Shown piece after piece: positions 59,390 through 64,000 of a stretch of 64,000 bases of DNA (within the stretch, counting starts at the first letter, position 1; each line of letters opens with the position of its first letter). Position numbers and translations under genes: made by a program. The stretch comes from an uncultured virus (IMG/VR IMGVR_UViG_3300021138_000003) (taxonomy: Duplodnaviria > Heunggongvirae > Uroviricota > Caudoviricetes), in the IMG/VR virus record IMGVR_UViG_3300021138_000003. One strand, written 5' to 3'. The notes under the pieces are model-generated. The model made no database searches. It was not told where the DNA came from and was given only the letters and a program-made list of their open reading frames with translations.

Positions 59390-60256
59390 TTATAAGAAGA
59401 AATTAGTAGGTGTAAACTCTACAGTTACTTCGATTTCTTCCTCTTTACTGATTTGTTTAATCTCGTCTGTGGCCTTAACCTTAACGGGTTTAACGCTATT
59501 TGCAGAGGATTCGGTGTCAATTTTGTTTTTAATTATATTGAACAATTCTCTGTCACATTGTTCTACAAATTCTTTGATAAAGAATTCATTTTCTACAACT
59601 TCTTCTCCGGATTCAACTCGTGATATTGAATCTGCTACAGTGCTAAGGGTATATTGAGATAATTTATTGAAACTATTTTTAAATAATTCTAATTTTCTAT
59701 CCTCGGACATTTCGTCATCATTGACTACACTCATAATTTTCTGAGTTTCTAGTGCTTCTAATCCAGCTTTAGCAATTGTTTTATAAGACAACGGTTTGAT
59801 ATAAATTTTCAAATCATCATTGATTACTAGTTCTTCGTCCCAGGATGCATCATTATATAATTGATCTAAAATTAGTGAAAGATCGACATCAACTGAAAAT
59901 AATACATTATTAACAGTTACTGGAGATTTTAAAATATTACCATAGGTTGCAATCCTTATTGCAACCAATAACGCATCTAAATCTATACTAGGAATCGACC
60001 AAGCATTTTTTATAGACGGAATGCAACTTTGAATAATGCTTACTAATGCCTGTCCGTTTGCAAGTGCAACTGGATTTTTCAATGCAATTTCGTCTTTGGC
60101 AGTCATGGAAAATACATCATATTCATTGTTCTCTGAAAAGTCGATAGACCCTTCGTCCCAATAAATTCCTCTACTTGGTAATTTTACCTGTAATTTAGGC
60201 TGCCGCATGAGGTTTGATAAAGGGTTGACCTTTGGTTTATGTAGTGTTTTCTGCAT
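59390..60256 (-). CDS. gp26-like baseplate hub / tail assembly chaperone, paralog A
   Basis: NPLSNLMRQPK...LPSRG...FSMTAKDE...VAIRIATYG...KPLSYK...NFF. Confidence 0.8.
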   Translation of the reverse strand: MQKTLHKPKVNPLSNLMRQPKLQVKLPSRGIYWDEGSIDFSENNEYDVFSMTAKDEIALKNPVALANGQALVSIIQSCIPSIKNAWSIPSIDLDALLVAIRIATYGNILKSPVTVNNVLFSVDVDLSLILDQLYNDASWDEELVINDDLKIYIKPLSYKTIAKAGLEALETQKIMSVVNDDEMSEDRKLELFKNSFNKLSQYTLSTVADSISRVESGEEVVENEFFIKEFVEQCDRELFNIIKNKIDTESSANSVKPVKVKATDEIKQISKEEEIEVTVEFTPTNFFL

Positions 60257-60269
60257 ACTTTTGTGTCCC

Positions 60270-60304
60270 GATAAATACTTTTGATATGTACAGCTTTATT
60301 TATG
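60270..60304. promoter_or_regulatory. face-to-face late-promoter-like motifs for the tape measure gene (+) and the gp26 pair (-)
   Basis: GATAAATA (+) at 60270-77 and CATAAATA (-) at 60297-304. Confidence 0.55.
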
Positions 60305-60329
60305 TGTGCATTTAACCAGAGATTTTTAT

Positions 60330-63300
60330 ATGAGTAATGTCACCGGCCAAATTGGTAATGATCAAGTTATTTTAGATAATGCTGCTACTGAAGCTACTCT
60401 GCGATTAATTTTGCAGGCTACTTTAGCAACAACTAAAGCACAAAAAGAAGCTATCTCCGGTTTAGCTAAAAACTCTGGCTTAGATCCTAGTAAAGTAGCC
60501 GCAGTTCACACTCAAATGAATGCATTAGGTGAAGCTGCTGTATACACAGGTGCAGTGCTCGGAGGATTAACCGCAGCAGGTGAAACTTTTACTAGAGGAA
60601 TTAATAATGCTTCTAGAGTGTTAGGTGTTCTTACATCTGGTGAAGGCTCTATTAGTGCTGTAACAAAATTATTTGAAGGGCTGCCTTTTGGCATAGGCGC
60701 AGTAGCTACTGGGTTTACTAAACTAGCGGAATTTCAAGAAAAAACATTTTCAACATATCAACAGCTTACCAATTCTGGTATAAATTTTAACGGTAGTTTA
60801 ACTGATATGAGAATGGCTGCTGCAAATACATATATGACCCTTGATCAGTTCGGTAATTTATTAAAAAGTAACAGTGAAACATTTGCTAGATTAGGTGGAA
60901 CTGCAAACGACGGTGCAATGGCATTTGTTAAGATGAGTAACCAGTTATTAAAAAGTGGAGCAGGGGATAATCTAAGGGCATTAGGATACACTACTGAAGA
61001 AGTTAATCAAGGATTGGCTTCGTATTTACAAATGACTGGTGCTAGAAACAAACAGGAAATGCAGAACACTACGCAAATTACTGAAGCAGCAGCTGGCTAT
61101 ATGGAACAGCTAAATGGTCTTGCAGAACTTACTGGTAAGAGTCGAAAAGAGCAGGAAGATCAACTAAAACAAGCATCTTTAAATGCAGCTTGGCAATCAA
61201 AATTAGCAAAAATGTCTCCTGAAGAAAAAGAAAAAGCTATTGCTGGGTTAAATTATGCGTTAGCTACTGGCGGTAAAGACGCTGTAGAAGCTTTTCAAGC
61301 ACATGCTATGAAAGTTCCACCGTTAACCAAAGGAGCACAGGCGTATACGGCAATGTATAGTGATGCAGCAGCCGGCCTTAACAAATCTGCAGATATGATA
61401 TATGACAAAACTAAAACTAAAGATGATTTAGAAAATCAATATATTGAAAATAGAAAGGCTCAAATCGCAGATGGACAAAAATACAGTGATCAACTAAATT
61501 ATGCATTAATTGCCCAAGGTGGTGCAATGGGCGATCTCCAACAAACTGTCGGAGATCTTAATAATACCGCCAAAACACAATCTGATGATGATGTACGGCG
61601 TGCCCTTGCTAAAAAAGATATGGATGGAAAACAGGCAGAAGCCGCTGAAAAAGCACAAGCAGCAATACAACAAATGGGGCAAGACATGTGGGAAAAATTA
61701 CTTCCTGTTATTGCAAAATTATTACCTATTGTAAATTCTATGGTTACTGGATTTGTTTCATTAGTAGAATGGATTAGTAAATTCCCTAAGTTACTTGAAA
61801 CATTGGTAATTGGATTTGGCGGACTTATTGTAGTAACAAAGGTGCTAAATGCGATCGAAGCAGCTAGATCTTTAATTGGCGGCGGCGGACGCGGCGGCGG
61901 AATTGCTGGTGCAGTTGAGGGTGCTGTCGGAGGCGGCCCTAAAGGTGGAGGTGGCATCGGCGGAGTTATCGGCGGAGTAGCTGAAGGTGCTGGAAAAATT
62001 GGACCAGCATTGAGTTCGATCGGTAAGGGCGCCGGTGGCCTAATACAAGGATTCTTAGAAGGACTAGCCGCTGGCTTAACTGCATTTGCAGATCCGGTTA
62101 TTTTGTTAGGTGCTGGCGTTTTTGCAGGAACTATTGCAATTATTTCGGCGGGTATCGGTGCATCTGCAATTATCATTGGCGAATCATTACCATTTCTTGC
62201 TAAAGGTCTGCAAAGTTTTGAAAAAGTCGACGGTAAGAATCTTATTAGTGTAGGAGAGGGCCTCGGTGCGCTAGCATTAGGATTTGCCGCGTTCGGCGCT
62301 GGCGCAGTAATGGGGTCAATTGGCGGCTTAATTGGAAATATGGTCGACGGTATTGGTACATTATTTGGCGGGAAAACTCCGATCGAGAAAATGATCGATT
62401 TTGGTAAAATGCCAATCGACGCTAAAAAAGTTAAAGAAAATGCAGAAGCATTTGTTGCATTTTCTAATGCAATGGCTTCATATAAAGGCGGCCCGACTAA
62501 CGATATGATCGGTCATATCTCAAACGCTGTTACTAGATGGTTTGGCGCTAAAGTACCTGTTGATAAAATGGTTGATTTTAACAAAGTCAACATAGATGCC
62601 AAAAAAGTCAAAGGTAATGCAGAAGCATTTATTGCATTTAGCCAAGCAATGGCCGCTTACAAAGGCGGCCCTGCAAACCCTGGAATTTTGTCAGCAATGG
62701 CTGATTCGTTAAGAGCAGTATTCCACGTACCATTGCCATTGGATCAGTTTAAACAATTTGCCGGACTTGATCTAGGACCTAACATCGGAGTAAATGCCAA
62801 AGCATTTGCAGATTTTGCCACAGGTATGGCTGCAATTGGCAGCACATCACCTGGAGTAGGTGGAGCAATAAGTGAGTCTATGGCAGGTTTTTTTGCCAAA
62901 ACTCCTATTGATAAATTTGTAGAATTTGCGGGATTATCTATCGATTCAAAGAATGCTGAAAGCAATGCAGCAGCGTTTACTGCATTTTCTAATGCACTTA
63001 GTGGGTTCAAAGGAGTGCCGGCGGGTGCAGGAGAGCTAGGAAAATCTGGATGGTTTGGCAACGATATGCTAGATAATCTACGGAGATTTTCTAATCTAAA
63101 ATTAGGTGCAGATACGCAAAAAAATGCTGATGCATTTACTGCATTTTCAACAGCACTAGGTAATTTTAAAGGATTTAGCGGGTCGGCCGACCTAGGAGGT
63201 GGATTTTTTAGCAATGATCTTTTAGATAATTTACAAAGATTTTCTAATCTAAAACTAGGTGCAGATACACAAAAAAATGCCGATGCTTTGAAGAGTATCG

Positions 63301-63764
63301 GAGACGGAATGGAGCAACCTGCTAAAAACATTGCTACATTTAATTCAAGTCTTTCAGATTTACTAAAAATAGATATTTCACAAATTGACAAACTATCTGG
63401 ATCGATGTCAAAATTAAAAGATAGTGTACAACCTGATCAAAAAATGGATGGATTTCAAAGCGGAATCGATTCGTCGATTAATAGTTTCTTATCAAGTGTT
63501 GGGTTAAATGCTAATCCAAGTGCAACAACATCTGCTGCAACTCACGCTTCAAATCTACCACCACTAACACATGCTGCCCAAGAATTTGCAGCTACAAACA
63601 AGCTGAATGCTCCAGCAGATCCTATGGAAATATTGCTAAGAGAAGTGCAGACGTTAAATAAGAACACAATGGATATGGTAAGAGCAATGCGAGATACTTC
63701 GGATAATACTAAGAAGACAGCTAATGTACTTGCATCTAATGGCAATTTGTTCAAAGCAGTATAA
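60330..63764 (+). CDS. tape-measure-like protein
   Basis: About 1144 aa, Ala/Gly-rich and helical with hydrophobic segments and C-terminal repeats; divergent from the gp26 pair, upstream of the portal. Confidence 0.75.
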   Translation: MSNVTGQIGNDQVILDNAATEATLRLILQATLATTKAQKEAISGLAKNSGLDPSKVAAVHTQMNALGEAAVYTGAVLGGLTAAGETFTRGINNASRVLGVLTSGEGSISAVTKLFEGLPFGIGAVATGFTKLAEFQEKTFSTYQQLTNSGINFNGSLTDMRMAAANTYMTLDQFGNLLKSNSETFARLGGTANDGAMAFVKMSNQLLKSGAGDNLRALGYTTEEVNQGLASYLQMTGARNKQEMQNTTQITEAAAGYMEQLNGLAELTGKSRKEQEDQLKQASLNAAWQSKLAKMSPEEKEKAIAGLNYALATGGKDAVEAFQAHAMKVPPLTKGAQAYTAMYSDAAAGLNKSADMIYDKTKTKDDLENQYIENRKAQIADGQKYSDQLNYALIAQGGAMGDLQQTVGDLNNTAKTQSDDDVRRALAKKDMDGKQAEAAEKAQAAIQQMGQDMWEKLLPVIAKLLPIVNSMVTGFVSLVEWISKFPKLLETLVIGFGGLIVVTKVLNAIEAARSLIGGGGRGGGIAGAVEGAVGGGPKGGGGIGGVIGGVAEGAGKIGPALSSIGKGAGGLIQGFLEGLAAGLTAFADPVILLGAGVFAGTIAIISAGIGASAIIIGESLPFLAKGLQSFEKVDGKNLISVGEGLGALALGFAAFGAGAVMGSIGGLIGNMVDGIGTLFGGKTPIEKMIDFGKMPIDAKKVKENAEAFVAFSNAMASYKGGPTNDMIGHISNAVTRWFGAKVPVDKMVDFNKVNIDAKKVKGNAEAFIAFSQAMAAYKGGPANPGILSAMADSLRAVFHVPLPLDQFKQFAGLDLGPNIGVNAKAFADFATGMAAIGSTSPGVGGAISESMAGFFAKTPIDKFVEFAGLSIDSKNAESNAAAFTAFSNALSGFKGVPAGAGELGKSGWFGNDMLDNLRRFSNLKLGADTQKNADAFTAFSTALGNFKGFSGSADLGGGFFSNDLLDNLQRFSNLKLGADTQKNADALKSIGDGMEQPAKNIATFNSSLSDLLKIDISQIDKLSGSMSKLKDSVQPDQKMDGFQSGIDSSINSFLSSVGLNANPSATTSAATHASNLPPLTHAAQEFAATNKLNAPADPMEILLREVQTLNKNTMDMVRAMRDTSDNTKKTANVLASNGNLFKAV
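63084..63286 (+). repeat. near-identical ~50-bp direct repeat, 153-bp period, inside the tape measure gene
   Basis: AGATTTTCTAATCTAAAAyTAGGTGCAGATACrCAAAAAAATGCyGATGC at 63084 and 63237. Confidence 0.85.
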
Positions 63765-63777
63765 GGAAATTAACTAA

Positions 63778-64000
63778 ATGGCATGGAAGAAGTATTTTAC
63801 TCCCGTTGTAAATGACGGAAGTACAAGTCCTGTAGGCAGTGTCGGTAACCGTGCGAATCCTAGTCGTACTAACTATTCAAGCTATTTGCCTGATGTGTAT
63901 AGCGGCCACCCGAACAGACTAGAACGTTATCAGCAATATGATACTATGGACAGCGACAGTGAAGTTAATGCTGCGCTAGATATTCTTGCAGAATTCTGCA
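63778..64000 (+). CDS. portal protein gp20-like, 5' part (runs off the window)
   Basis: AAGGA RBS; MAWKKYF...RYQQYDTMDSDSEVNAALDILAEFC matches the T4-like portal N-terminal pattern. Confidence 0.8.
   Translation, partial: MAWKKYFTPVVNDGSTSPVGSVGNRANPSRTNYSSYLPDVYSGHPNRLERYQQYDTMDSDSEVNAALDILAEFC

Noticed and set aside
61499..63391. Long antisense ORFs (225 and 215 aa), and similar ones at 16191, 19250, 43638 and 57503
   Set aside because: Shadow frames of Gly/Ala/Thr-rich or repetitive genes, with no RBS or recognisable motifs
1..64000. CRISPR array, tRNA genes, inteins or stop-codon reassignment
   Set aside because: No spaced repeats or cloverleafs recognised; core genes are of normal length and intact under the standard code

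Overview
This window is part of a large T4-like (myovirus) phage genome with AT-rich, densely packed genes in alternating blocks. (1) 1-15 kb (+): a 7-deazaguanine DNA-modification and purine-metabolism cluster (TGT/DpdA-like transglycosylase, DpdL-like T-fold protein, GT-B glycosyltransferase, FolE, purine phosphoribosyltransferase, GMP reductase, QueE), followed by RNase H and a MoxR ATPase/vWA pair. (2) 15-50.4 kb (-): the tail and baseplate module, with four paralogous fibre proteins, a 4480-aa wedge protein, gp6, gp25, gp5 with a GH19 domain, hub, gp53 and a tube initiator. (3) 50.5-57.5 kb (+): gp55 late sigma factor, gp47/gp46 separated by an HNH gene, histone-like proteins, a GIY-YIG protein and a ~480-bp structured non-coding region. 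(4) 57.5-64 kb: HNH-NUMOD3 endonuclease, two tandem gp26-like paralogs, tape-measure-like protein and the start of the portal gene. The most notable observations are a probable programmed -1 frameshift extending one gp26-like paralog (the other paralog has non-slippery codons at the same site), a candidate large pseudoknotted ncRNA, a deazaguanine pathway coupled to a glycosyltransferase and guanine-salvage enzymes, a remnant gp46 5' end left by an HNH insertion, and three late-promoter hairpins that occlude ribosome-binding sites. All product calls come from motif recognition by eye; no database searches were run.
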